Assembly (NCBI GenBank): GCA_950097015.1 | Contig: CATNEN010000006.1 | Span: forward strand, 372,001-436,000 | DNA: 64,000 bases | Reading direction: 5' to 3' | DNA from: Macrostomum hystrix | Taxonomy: Eukaryota > Animalia > Platyhelminthes | Part shown: one piece after another, positions 13,701 to 25,525 of the stretch | Numbering within the stretch: the first letter of the stretch is position 1 | Layout: every line of letters begins with the position of its first letter | Made by a program: the position numbers and the translations under genes | The notes under the pieces: generated by a model | Databases searched by the model: none | Told to the model about the DNA's origin: nothing | Seen by the model: only the letters and a program-made list of their open reading frames with translations

Positions 13701-16700
13701 GTGGGAGCAGGGATGTTCAGGTGAGAGCAAGGATGTTCAGGTGAGAGCCAGGATGTGTAGGTGGAAGCCAGGATGTTCAGGTGGGAGCAAGGATGTTCAG
13801 GTGGGAGCAAGGATGTTTAGGTGGAAGCCAGGATGTTCAGGTGGGAGCAAGGATGTTCAGGTGGGAGCAAGGATGTTTAGGTGGAAGCCAGGATGTTCAG
13901 GTGGGAGCAAGGATGTTCAGGTGGGAGCCAGGATGTTCAGGTGGGAGCAAGGATGTTCAGGTGAGAGCCAGGAGTCCAACAGCAGCTAAATCTCCTTCAC
14001 ACACAGCAGCTCAGCAGCTGCCGCCGCCACTGCAGGCCAGCGCCCGCAGCGACAGCTCGGCCGCCTACCGACTCATGCTCAGCCGGGCGGCCGTCGTACG
14101 CGACTTCGCCAGCCCAGCAGCAGCCGGCCCGCAGCCGGGCCTGTCGTTGTACTCGCGCCTTGACACCGGCAGCCTTGAGCTCCGGCCGTTGCTGCCCTGC
14201 GCCGGATCCCGAGAGCTGGCCGAGCTCGCCAGACAACTTCAGGCCGGCCCGTTCTCTGGGCACATGCCCACCCTGCGACTCGGTGACCGGGCCGTCCGCC
14301 TGTGGGACGCGGCCTCGGGCTGCGCGCTGCTGCTCTGGCGACCGCCGCGTTTCGTTGGCGGCCGTTGCGCACGCATCCTGCTGCCCGGCGCGGCGCCGCC
14401 GGCCCGCGTGGCACGCGGCCTCGAACGCCTTCGCGTCGGCCTGGAGTGCCTGCACACCCCAGATGGCCGGGCGGCTGCGGCGGCTGCGGCGGCCTCAGCG
14501 GCGGCTTCTAGACGACGCGGCGCTTCTTCAACTCGAAGGCAGCCGTCCGAGTCGACGATTACTGCGGCGGCAACGACGGCAACTGCGTCAGCGGCGCCCT
14601 GCTACAGAAGAGCCATATCGCAGCCGCCAACACCGCCGCCTCCTCAGCCTCCGTTGCTGACGCCTCTTGGGAAATCCTGTTTAGCCCCGCCAACGTCGCC
14701 GAAGCCTCCAACGGCGACTACGTCCCAGCGACGGAGTCGAGCGCCCTTGAAGCCAGCTGCGTCGCCTGAGCCTGCAAAGTCAGTGCGGGTGCCACTCAGG
14801 GCCCGGCCCGCAGAGTCGGCGGCAGTGCGCAAGCCGCCGCCGACATTCGCTGCAAAGCCTGCAGCCAGGCTGCCAGAGCCCGCGACCGGTCGTAGGGGCG
14901 GCTCGTCGACTTCTTCGCACACAACGCCAACACCGGACGAGGAGCCGGCAGAAAGTTCGCGGCCAGCAAAGCTATCGAACGGTACTAATGAGGAGGCCGT
15001 CGAGAAGGAGGAAATTGAGAAGGCGTCAAATGAGCCGATGGAGAAGTCATTCAACGAGAATGAGGAAAATGAAAAGTCTTGGGAATTACTAGATTCGCAA
15101 GAACAGAAGAACAAGCCTGAAGAATCTGAGGACAAGCCTGAAGAAATGGAGGACAAGCCTGAAGAATCGGAGGACAAGCCTGAAGAATTGGAGGACAAGC
15201 CTGAAGAATTGGAGGACAAGCCTGAAGAATTGGAGGAAAAGACTGAAAAACACGATGAAGATGTCAAAGAGAAATCTGCTGAGCTGGACGAGAGGACTAA
15301 AGAGAAAGAGCAGGAGCCTGAAGTCCAGGAGGAGAAGCCTAAAGAACCGGAGGAGAAGACTGAAGAGCTGGAGGAGAAGACTGAAGAGCTGGAGGAGAAG
15401 ACTGAACAACTGGAGGAGAAGACTGAAGAGCTGGAGGAGAAGACTGAAGAGCTGGAGGAGAAGACTGAAGAGCTGGAGGAGAAGACTGAAGAGCTGGAGG
15501 AGAAGACTGAAGTCCAAGAGGAGAAGCCTGAAGAACAAGTGGATAATCGTGATGGACAGGAGGAGAAACCTGAAGGTCAGGAAGAGAAGCCTGAAGAACC
15601 AGAGAAGAAAACTGGAGAACCGGAGGAAAAGCCTGAAGAACTGGAGGAGAAGCTTCAAGAGCATGCGGAGACGAAAGAAGCACACGAGAAGCCTGAAGAA
15701 CCGGAGGAGAAGCCTGACGAACCAGTGGAGAAGCCTGAAGAACCGGAGGAGAAGCTTGAGGGACAACCGGAGAAGGCTAAAGAAAAGGAAAAAACTGATG
15801 AACCAGAGAAGAAGTCTGAAGACCAGGCGGAAATGGCTAAGGAATCAGAGAAGAAGCCTGAAAAACCGGAGGAGAGGCCTGAAGAACCAGAGCAGAAGAC
15901 TGAAGAACCAGAGCAGAAGACTGAAGAACCGGAGGAGAAAGCTAAAGAGCCGGAGGAGAAGCCTGAAGAACAAGTGGATAGTCTTGTTGCCCAAGATGTG
16001 AAGCCTGAAGAACAGGCTGAGAAAACTCAAGAACTGGAGGAGAAGTCTGAAGAACTAAAGCAGAAACTCGAAGAACCAGAGGAGAAACCTGAAAAACCGG
16101 AGAAGATTCTTTTTAGACAGGAGGAGAAGCCTGAAGAACAGGCGGAGAAGACTGAAGAGCTGGAAAAGAAGCCTGAGGAACCAGAGGAGAAGCCTGAAGA
16201 ACCAGAGGAGAAGCCTGAAGAACCAGAGGAGAAGCCTGAAGAACCAGAGGAGAAGCCTGAAGAATCAGAGGAGAAGCCTGAAGAACCAGAGGAGAAGCCT
16301 GAAGAACCAGAGGAGAATCTTTTTAGACAGGAGGAGAAGCCTGAAGAACAGGCGGAGAAGACTGAAGAGCTGGAAGAGAAGCCTGAAGAACCAGAGGAGA
16401 AGCCTGAAGAACCAGAGGAGAAGCCTGAAGAACCAGAGGAGAAGACTGAAGAACCAGAGGAGAAGCCTGAAGAACCAGAGGAGAAGCCTGAAGAACCAGA
16501 GGAGAAGACTGAAGAACCAGAGGAGAAGCCTGAAGAACCAGAGGAGAAGCCTGAAGAACCAGAGGAGAAGCCTGAAGAGCAGGCGGAGGCGAATGAAGAA
16601 CACGAGAAGCCTGAAGGACTAATGGAAAATGAAGAAGAGCAAGAAGAGAAATCTTACGAGCAAGCGGAGGAATTTATTGAGAACATTGAGGAATCTTCTG

Positions 16701-19700
16701 AGACCGCTGTGGAATCTTCTGTAACTGCTGTGGAATCTCCTGACACAGAACAGGAGATGGGCAAGGAATCTCTCGATATTGAAAATGAATCTGATCACAA
16801 TGCTACAGAGGTGGCAAAAGAATTTCAGAAACATGACGATGATTCTCTTGAGCAAATGGAGGAATCAAATGAGCAAACTGAGGAACCTGATGAGAGAGCA
16901 TTGGAATCGCATGAGGAGTCATTACTGTCTCATGAAAAAATTGAGGAATCTGAAAAGACTCACAAGCATTCAAACAAACATGTAGACAAATCTGACGAAA
17001 GGACAGAAGAATCACTCGAAGAGACAGAGAAATCTCACGAGACGGCTAAGGAATCGGAAGGGAATACGGAGGAATCGAACGAGAAGACGGAGGAATCGCA
17101 CGAGAAAACGGAGGAATCGCACCAGAAAACGGAGGAATCGCACCAGAAAACGGAGGAATCGGGCGAGAAGACGGAGGAATCGCACCAGAAAACGGAGGAA
17201 TCGGACGAGAAGACGGAGGAATCGGACGAGAAGACGGAGGAATCGGACGAGAAGACGGAGGAATCAGAGGAGAGGATTAAGGAATCGCACGAGAAGACGG
17301 AGGAATCGAACGAGAAGACGGAGGAATCGCACCAGAAAACGGAGGAATTGGACGAGAAGACGGAGGAATCGCACGAGAAAACGGAGGAATCGGACGAGAA
17401 GACGGAGGAATCGCACGAAAAGACGGAGGAATCTCTAGAAAGGACGGAGGAATCGCACGAGAAGACGGAGGAATCGCACGAGAAGACGGAGGAATCGCAC
17501 GAGAAGACGGAGGAATCGGACGAGAAGACGAACGAATCGGTCGAGAAGACGGAGGAATCAGAGGACTGTATAAAGGAATCGCACGAGAAGACGGAGGAAT
17601 CGCATGGGAAGACGGAGGAATCGGACGAGATGACTGAAGAATCGCTCGAGAAGACGGAGGAATCGCACGAGAAGACAAGGGAATCGGACGAGAAGATGGA
17701 GGAATCGGACGAGAAGACGAACGAATCGGTCGAGAAGACGGAGGAATCAGAGGACTGTATAAAGGAATCGCACGAGAAGACCGAGGAATCGCATGGGAAG
17801 ACGGAGGAATCGCACGAGAAGACTGAGGAATCGGGGGAGAAGACGGAGGAATCAGAGGAGAGGATAAAGGAATCTGAGGAGAAGACGGAGGAATCGGAGG
17901 AGAAGATGGAGGAATCTGAGGAGACGATGAAGGAATCGCACGAGAAGACGGAGGAATCTCTAGAAAAGACGGAGGAATCGCACGAGAAGACGGAGGAATC
18001 GGACGAGAAGACGGAGGAATCGGAGGAGAAGATGGAGGAATCTGAGGAGACGATGAAGGAATCGCACGAGAAGACGGAGGAATCTCTAGAAAAGACGGAG
18101 GAATCGCACGAGAAGACGGAGGAATCGGACGAGAAGACGGAGGAATCGCTCGAGAAGACGGAGGAATCGGACAAGAAGACGAAGGAATCTGACGAGAAGA
18201 CGGAGGAATCGCACGAAAAGACGGAGGAATCTCTAGAAAGGACGGAGGAATCGCACGAGAAGACTGAGGAATCGCACGAGAAGACGGAGGAATCGTACGA
18301 GAAGACGGAGGAATCAGACGAGAAGACGGAGGAATCAGAGGACTGTACAAAGGAATCGCACGAGAAGACGGAGGAATCGAATGGGAAGACGGAGGAATCG
18401 CACGAGAAGACGGAGGAATCAGAGGACTGTATAAAGGAATCGCACGAGAAGACGGAGGAATCGCACGAGAAGACGGAGGAATCTCTAGAAAAGACGAAGG
18501 AATCGCACGAGAAGACGGAGGAATCTCTAGAAAGGACGGAGGAATCGCACGAGAAGACGGAGGAATCTCTAGAAAAGACGGAGGAATTGCACGAGAAGAC
18601 GGAGGAATCGGACGATATGACGGAAGAATCGCTCGGGAAGACGGAGGAATCGCACGAGAAGACAAGGGAATCGGACGAGAAGATGGAGGAATCGGTCGAG
18701 AAGACGAACGAATCGGTCGAGAAGACGGAGGAATCGGACGAGATGACTGAAGAATCGCTCGAGAAGACGGAGGAATCGCACGAGAAGACAAGGGAATCGG
18801 ACGAGAAGATGGAGGAATCGGACGAGAAGACGAACGAATCGGTCGAGAAGACGGAGGAATCAGAGGACTGTATAAAGGAATCGCACGAGAAGACGGAGGA
18901 ATCGCATGGGAAGACGGAGGAATCGGACGAGATGACTGAAGAATCGCTCGAGAAGACGGAGGAATCGCACGAGAAGACAAGGGAATCGGACGAGAAGATG
19001 GAGGAATCGGACGAGAAGACGAACGAATCGGTCGAGAAGACGGAGGAATCGCACGAGAAGACAAGGGAATCGGACGAGAAGATGGAGGAATCGGACGAGA
19101 AGACAAGGGAATCGGACGAGAAGATGGAGGAATCGGACGAGAAGACGAACGAATCGGTCGAGAAGACGGAGGAATCAGAGGACTGTATAAAGGAATCGCA
19201 CGAGAAGACTGAGGAATCGGGGGAGAAGACGGAGGAAGCTGAGGAGAAGATGGAGCAATCTGAGGAGAGGGCGAAGAAATCGGACGAGAATACGGAGGAA
19301 TCGGACGAGAAGATAGAGGAATTTCACGAGATGACAAAGGAATCGAACGAGACGGAATCTCCTGAGACGACTAAGGAATCGAACGAGACGGAATCTCCTG
19401 AGACGACTATGGAATCGCACGAGAAGACGGAGGAATCGCACGAGAAGACGGAGGAATCTGTGGAGAATACGGAGCTATCTAACAAGATGTCGAAGGAATC
19501 TGACGAGAGGACACGGGAATCTGACGATAAAGCTGAGAAATCTGAAGGTCGAGCTGCTGCATTCGATGAAGCAGTCAGTCCACGAGATCTGACGACGCTG
19601 GGAGAGAAAAATGAGAAGGTTCATTGCAGACAGCCTGTCTTGGATTCTCAAGCGCTAGATTCTAAGAAATGGCTCGAATCGGAAGAAGAAAATTGCGATC

Positions 19701-20244
19701 CGATGCAGAAATCCATCTACGTGGAGCAGGAGTCCGGCTACTTCAGCGAAGCTCAGCGCGAACCGGATGCACCGCAGTCAGAACAACCCGCCAGCCATCC
19801 GTCATCCAGGATCTGCGATGAGATGGAACGCTCCTACGGCCCGGAGGATCTGCAGCACCTCAAGGCAACGGAGATCGAGTCCAAGGACGTTGATTCTCTT
19901 GACGAAGGCGATGCTGAATCCGTCAGCTGGCACAGCGGCTGGCAGCAGACGACCGTGACAAAGTCGGTCACAAAGGTGACTTCGAGGCTGGAAACCAGCG
20001 AGAAATTCTTCGAGTCTCTTTCGGCGTCGACGAGCAGCGTCAGGACCGAGGCGACTTTCTTGGAGTACAGTCATCAGAGTCAGGCGACCGCTGGCGCAGT
20101 GGCGACACGCCCGGAGCAGGACGATGAAAGGGCCAACGATGACAGCGACGCTGACTCGGTGGTTGACACCAAAGCCGCTGGAGCGGAGCCGTTGGATCCC
20201 CTGAGGGAGTGGGGTAGCCCGCTAGCCCTGCCACCGGGGCCGCC

Positions 20245-20280
<36 letters not shown>

Positions 20281-21130
20281 CTGTACAGCTAAGGTAACTT
20301 ACATGTAAAAAGTACTCAACACTCGTAGCTTTGATTCAAAGTTTGTTAAGTCCTGCTAGCGGTCGTAGCGATTTCTGATATATTCGATCCCAGCTTCGAT
20401 TCAAGCTCCGAATCTAGCTTCGATTCTATTTACGGTTCCTGCTTCGATTCCATCTCCGACTCTTGCTTCGATTCTAGCTCCGACTCTTGCTTCGATTCTA
20501 GCTCCGAATCCTGCTTAGATTCTAGCTACGATTCCTGCTTCGATTCTAGTTACGATTCCTGCTACGATTCCTGCTTCGATTCAAGTTACGATTCCTGCTA
20601 CGATTCCTGCTTCGATTCTAGCTGCGACTCCCAGCTTCAGACATCAATATTTGTGTTTGATATCCATTGTAGATGACACAGTAATGTACAATTCCCTATA
20701 TCATACCATCGACATCCTGCAGCAGCAGCCGCAGCAGCAGCAGCAGCAGCCAGCCCAGCTGCCAAGCGGCTTCATCCGACCAGTCTGGCTGGACCTGGCC
20801 TACCTGCCCAGCGGCCAGACCGCCATCGGCGCGGAGTTCTTCCATCGGGTTCGCGCCTCTCGCTACGTTCTGCCCGGCCGCCTGACCGACCCGGAGACTC
20901 TGGACGCCCTGCTGGTTGCCAAGGAGACCGGCTGGCCCGAGCAGCCTGTACTGCTGGTGCCGGCGCGGCCCGGCTGCCCACGCCTCGCTGCCTGGCTGGC
21001 CGCCAACGCCGATCGAGCTCGCCGAGTCCACCTGACGTCGGCGACGACATCGGAGTCTGGCGTCGGGCTGCCTGGAGTCGGTCGAGTGTCGATCGGTGAC
21101 GGCAGGGAGGCCTGGTGCATTGAGCTCTGA
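4778..21130 (+). CDS. futsch: MAP1/Futsch-family microtubule-associated protein (MAP1A/B/S-like), about 2,570 aa, 5 coding exons
   Basis: Phase-compatible exons: 4778-4865 (MAGQTCLFVVLGRCCTEE...), 5332-5433 (GLLAWEGLTKPDLNADL...), 12594-~13415 (RLVLLANPD; HLVYAGPVTSEYGDWAL; RPRILIFDDGDAASCHIGVDGFQLVCNAG...LDALLVTHWSSDTAPGL), ~14007-20293 (LSLYSRLDTGSLELRPL; LLLWRPP...RILLPGAAPPARVARGLERL; then acidic repeats), 20723-21130 (PVWLDLAYLP...EFFHRVRASRYV...LDALLVAKETGW...WCIEL*). These match the MAP1 N-terminal MBL-like region and the light-chain C-terminus (PVYLDLCYIP...FFKRVRSSYYV...CKIEL), recalled from MAP1B. The exon 3 donor and exon 4 acceptor are uncertain by ~10-25 nt. Confidence 0.88.
6306..7698. 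repeat. 32-bp minisatellite (GTTGTGAACAGAGACAGTGTGAGTTTGTGTCA), about 43 copies, MAP1 intron 2
   Basis: Highly homogeneous head-to-tail array with no spacers. Confidence 0.97.
8830..9790. repeat. CT-rich low-complexity array (TCTCCTC-based), MAP1 intron 2
   Basis: Polypyrimidine repeat; source of the L/S/P-rich pseudo-ORFs at 8765-9885. Confidence 0.95.
10812..12541. repeat. 16-bp GATA-rich satellite (GAGTGGGATAAGATAA), MAP1 intron 2
   Basis: About 100 variant monomers; the array ends ~50 nt before the exon 3 acceptor. Confidence 0.95.
13535..13975. repeat. Adjacent 21-bp (GGGGATCAAGGATTATGCGGT) and 20-bp (CAGGTGGGAGCAAGGATGTT) arrays, MAP1 intron 3
   Basis: Visible tandem repeats; they falsely extend ORF 13781-20308 upstream. 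Confidence 0.9.
15090..19480 (+). repeat. Coding 21-bp / 7-aa repeats in MAP1 exon 4: EEKPEEP/EEKTEEL block (~15090-16620) and EKTEESx block (~17020-19480)
   Basis: In-frame repeats inside the uninterrupted ORF, flanked on both sides by MAP1-homologous sequence. Confidence 0.92.
20385..20635. repeat. 12/24-bp degenerate array (GCTTCGATTCTA), MAP1 intron 4
   Basis: Tandem units lying between the donor at 20294 and the acceptor at 20722. Confidence 0.85.
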
Positions 21131-22439
21131 GCAGTTTTAAGGGATCGAAATTGAATTGAGTAGACTGTGCAATTCTATGGGTTGGGGAGGGGACCTTTTT
21201 ATCCACGCCCCACCCGTACAGAATGTCAAGAGCGTCTTATTCTTCGAAACCTTTATAATTAGAATATATATTCCCATTGATTACTGGTTAATTTCGTTAC
21301 GTTTAGTTTTCTTCCTAGAGGGGGGTAATTATAATCCTCAAATAGTAAATTATCCCCTCAACTGGTAATTGTTTTATTACAAATTTACAAACGTATGTTT
21401 TTTCCTGCTCACAATTAATTGAATCGTGTTACTTCATTTTTTTGTAGCTTGTCTTAGCAACCATTTTCACAGTCGACTCACACTGACTCAATCATTTCGG
21501 TTTTGACGGAGTTTGGGATTTTCGATCGCTTACTTTCTAACGATCTGGTAATCCTCAGATTAATCAATAAGGGTTGCTCTTTAAGTTTTAACGCTTTCTA
21601 CAAATATTCACTTTCGAAGTATTTTTGTGAAAAAAAAATTTTCGTCCTAAAAGGGCAAATTGCGTCATAGAATTAATTATTCAGTCAATTTTGTTAATTT
21701 TCATTGGCTCTTAGCTCACAGCACGACTTGCTTATCGTCACACGAAATTTGTTTTGTCGTTAGCTTTGTCACGTGACGAGATATAAAAAACTTTGATACT
21801 TATTTTCCTTGTCCCGCGACACGATTTTAATTTTTTAGATCGACTGGCTTTGTCACGTGACCATGGTTCGCGATATGTTAGTCTGCCGAAAAAATCATTT
21901 CGGACTAAATTCCGGTTTCTTAAGTTCAGCATTGCAAAAGTTTTTAGGCCTAGCTTTTTATATACAAATCGTTGCTTGCTTTTTACACATTATTGCACTT
22001 TTAGTCAAAATTAAATCTGCTTATTCTCCGCACAATGGCCTAGATCGAACCGCGCCTTTTTACACGATAAATTTTTTTTATTTTTGCTGGTTTGTTAATC
22101 TCATTTGATATTATTTTTCGATGCATAACTATGGTAACGCATACACTTAGCAATTCCTTGTCAGTCACTATTCCTCTTTCAATGTGAACAGCACGGCTTT
22201 AAGAAACTTGCTTTTTTAGCTCTCATATCTACTATTTCATCTGCATCAGAAAGCTTTAAATGTTTTACAAAAAATAAAAAGATTAGACACAATTTAGCGA
22301 CAGACACCTGTGTCTGGAGCGTCGATTCGCTTTTCACGGCTTGTCCGGCTTAGCATAGCGGCACTGAGCTGCATAGGCTTATCGCTTTCGTGACTGCGTC
22401 TGGCTTATGAAGGTGATAATTGAATAATTACTGACTCAC

Positions 22440-24230
22440 ATATTGACACAAACTGACACAAAATAACACAAAGTCTCATAATCTGACATTATGACACTAT
22501 CTGACACAAACTGACAGGATCTGACACAATTCACTATTGCATAATCTGATAGATTGACACGATCTGACACAAACTGATTGAAAGCGACAGAAACTGACAC
22601 AAATTGATACAAACTGACACGATCTGACATAAACTGACACAAACTGACACGATCTGACATAAACTGACACAAACTGACACGATCTGACATAAACTGACAC
22701 AAACTGACACGATCTGACACAAACTGACTGAAAGCGACAGAAACTGACACAAATTGGTACAAACTGACACGATCTGACATAAACTGACACAAACTGACAC
22801 GATCTGACATAAACTGACAAACTGACACGATCTGACATAAACTGACACAAACTGACACGATCTGACATAAACTGACAAACTGACACGATCTGACATAAAC
22901 TGACACAAACTGACACGATCTGACATAAACTGACACAAACTGACACGATCTGACACAAACTGACTGAAAGCGACAGAAACTGACACAAATTGATACAAAC
23001 TGACACGATCTGACATAAACTGACACAAACTGACACGATCTGACATAAACTGACATAAACTGACAAACTGATACGATCTGACATAAACTGACAAACTGAC
23101 ACGATCTGACATAAACTGACAAACTGACACGATCTGACATAAACTGACACAAACTGACACGATCTGACATAAACTGACACAAACTGACACGATCTGACAT
23201 AAACTGACACAAACTGACACGATCTGACATAAACTGACACAAACTGACACGATCTGACATAAACTGACACAAACTGACACGATCTGACATAAACTGACAC
23301 AAACTGACACGATCTGACATAAACTGACACGATCTGACATAACCTGACACAAACTGACACGATCTGACATAAACTGACAAACTGACACGATCTGACATAA
23401 ACTGACAGACTGACACGATCTGACATAAACTGACAAACTGACACGATCTGACATAAACTGACACAAACTGACACGATCTGACATAAACTGACACGATCTG
23501 ACATAAACTGACACAAACTGACACGATCTGACATAAACTGACACAAACTGACACGATCTGACACAAACTGACACAAACTGACACGATCTGACATAAACTG
23601 ACAAACTGACACGATCTGACATAAATTGACAAACTGACACGATCTGACATAAACTGACACAAACTGACACGATCTGACATAAACTGACAAACTGACACGA
23701 TCTGACATAAACTGACACAAACTGACACGATCTGACATAAACTGACAAACTGACACGATCTGACATAAACTGACAAACTGACACGATCTGACATAAACTG
23801 ACACAAACTGACACGATCTGACATAAACTGACAAACTGACACGATCTGACATAAACTGACAAACTGACACGATCTGACATAAACTGACAAACTGACACGA
23901 TCTGACATAAACTGACACAAACTGACACGATCTGACATAAACTGACAAACTGACACGATCTGACATAAACTGACAAAGTGACACGATCTGACATAAACTG
24001 ACAAACTGACACGATCTGACATAAACTGACACAAACTGACACGATCTGACATAAACTGACAAACTGACACGATCTGACATAAACTGACAAAGTGACACGA
24101 TCTGACATAAACTGACACAAACTGACACGATCTGACACAAACTGACACGATCTGACACAATTGACATACTATTGCATACCATTGCATATCACAATTGCAT
24201 AATCTGATAGATTGCCACAATCTGTCACAA
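22440..24230. repeat. Satellite of 10-bp subunits (AAACTGACAC / GATCTGACAT) arranged as 28-30-bp higher-order units
   Basis: 1.8-kb array between the convergent MAP1 and TTC24 3' ends; source of pseudo-ORFs 22436-24220. Confidence 0.96.
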
Positions 24231-24875
24231 AATTACATTAAAATGACACAAACCGACATAATATGACGCAAGATTAAATGAACAAAAATAGAAAAAGAAC
24301 ACAAAATAGTTAATAAAGACAAATGTACGGACACAAAAACAGTAGACAAACACACACAATAAATATACGAGTATATAACCAAGCCACAGCACATCTATTA
24401 TTTCACTTAAGCCATAGTATACCAGCCATAATATATCAAGAGTCTAAGTCAGCTCCGAATGTAAAAAATCGAATAGATAAAAAAGACTGATAAAACGCAC
24501 TCAAAGTATTACTAAGGCGCGTGGCTTTGATGAAAATATCTGTGTAAATTAATTATTCCTTTTATTTATAGTAACTTATATCTTTAAAAAGCAAATTAAA
24601 CAAATGTTTGCAGTAAGCAGACACTATTGAACAAGCGATGAATTGAGATTTAAAGAAAAAAAAATATATAAGTTGGCGTGCACCCTCAACAATGTACCGC
24701 GTGGCTAAAAGTACATCCAATGTACTACTATGTTATGCATGCAATCTTTTAATACGAATTAAAAGTGCTCCACAAAGAGAACAGCCAAGAGAACAGCGAC
24801 TTGAAAAAAATGACAACCAGCAACGATTTAAGTAACTTCGCTTATAACAATGGTTGCCTTCACTAATGTACAGAG

Positions 24876-25468
24876 GTGGGTTTGGGATTCGGGATCAGAT
24901 CTGAGTAGTGGTATGGGTAGTTTGGGATTTGGGATCACATCTGAGTACTGGAGTGGGTAGTTTGGGATTTGGGATCACATCTGAGTACTGGGGTGGGTAG
25001 TTTGGGATTTGAAATCACATCTGAGTACTGGAGTGGGTAGTTTGGGATTCGAGATCACATCTGAGTACTGGGGTGGGTAGTTTGGGATTTGGGATCACAT
25101 CTGAGTACTGGAGTGGGTAGTTTGGGATTTGGGATCACATCTGAGTACTGGAGTGGGTAGTTTGGGATTTGGGATCACATCTGAGTACTGGAGTGGGTAG
25201 TTTGGGATTCGGGATCACATCTGAGTACTGGGGTGGGTAGTTTGGGATTTGGGATCACATCTGAGTACTGGAGTGGGTAGTTTGGGATTTGGGATCACAT
25301 CTGAGTACTGGAGTGGGTAGTTTGGGATTTGGGATCACATCTGAGTACTGGAGTGGGTAGTTTGGGATTTTGGATCACATCTGAGTACTGGAGTGGGTAG
25401 TTTGGGATTTGGGATCAGATCTGAGTACTTGAGTCGGAAATTTGGGATTTGGGATCAGATCTGAGTAC
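24876..25468. repeat. 40-bp minisatellite (TTTGGGATTTGGGATCACATCTGAGTACTGGAGTGGGTAG), about 15 copies
   Basis: Homogeneous array starting ~55 nt past the TTC24-like stop codon. Confidence 0.96.
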
Positions 25469-25525
25469 CGTGAGCATACCCAGATGCATGCAAGATAAAG
25501 TACAATATAAAGGATATTTGTTAGT

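Noticed and set aside
13781-14006. N-terminal extension of the 2,175-aa ORF
   Set aside because: Lies in the 20-bp intronic repeat; MAP1 homology and splice signals place the exon start near 14007.
14644-19441. Antisense and alternate-frame ORFs over the MAP1 repeat exon
   Set aside because: Shadows of the 21-bp coding repeats.
20385-20690. Open FDSS/YDSC-type frame in MAP1 intron 4
   Set aside because: Expected from a 12-bp repeat; no convincing splice sites, and the flanking exons join in phase without it.
22436-24220. 500-600-aa Cys/Val/Ser-rich ORFs in all three minus frames
   Set aside because: Pure satellite; the same periodic peptide appears in every frame.
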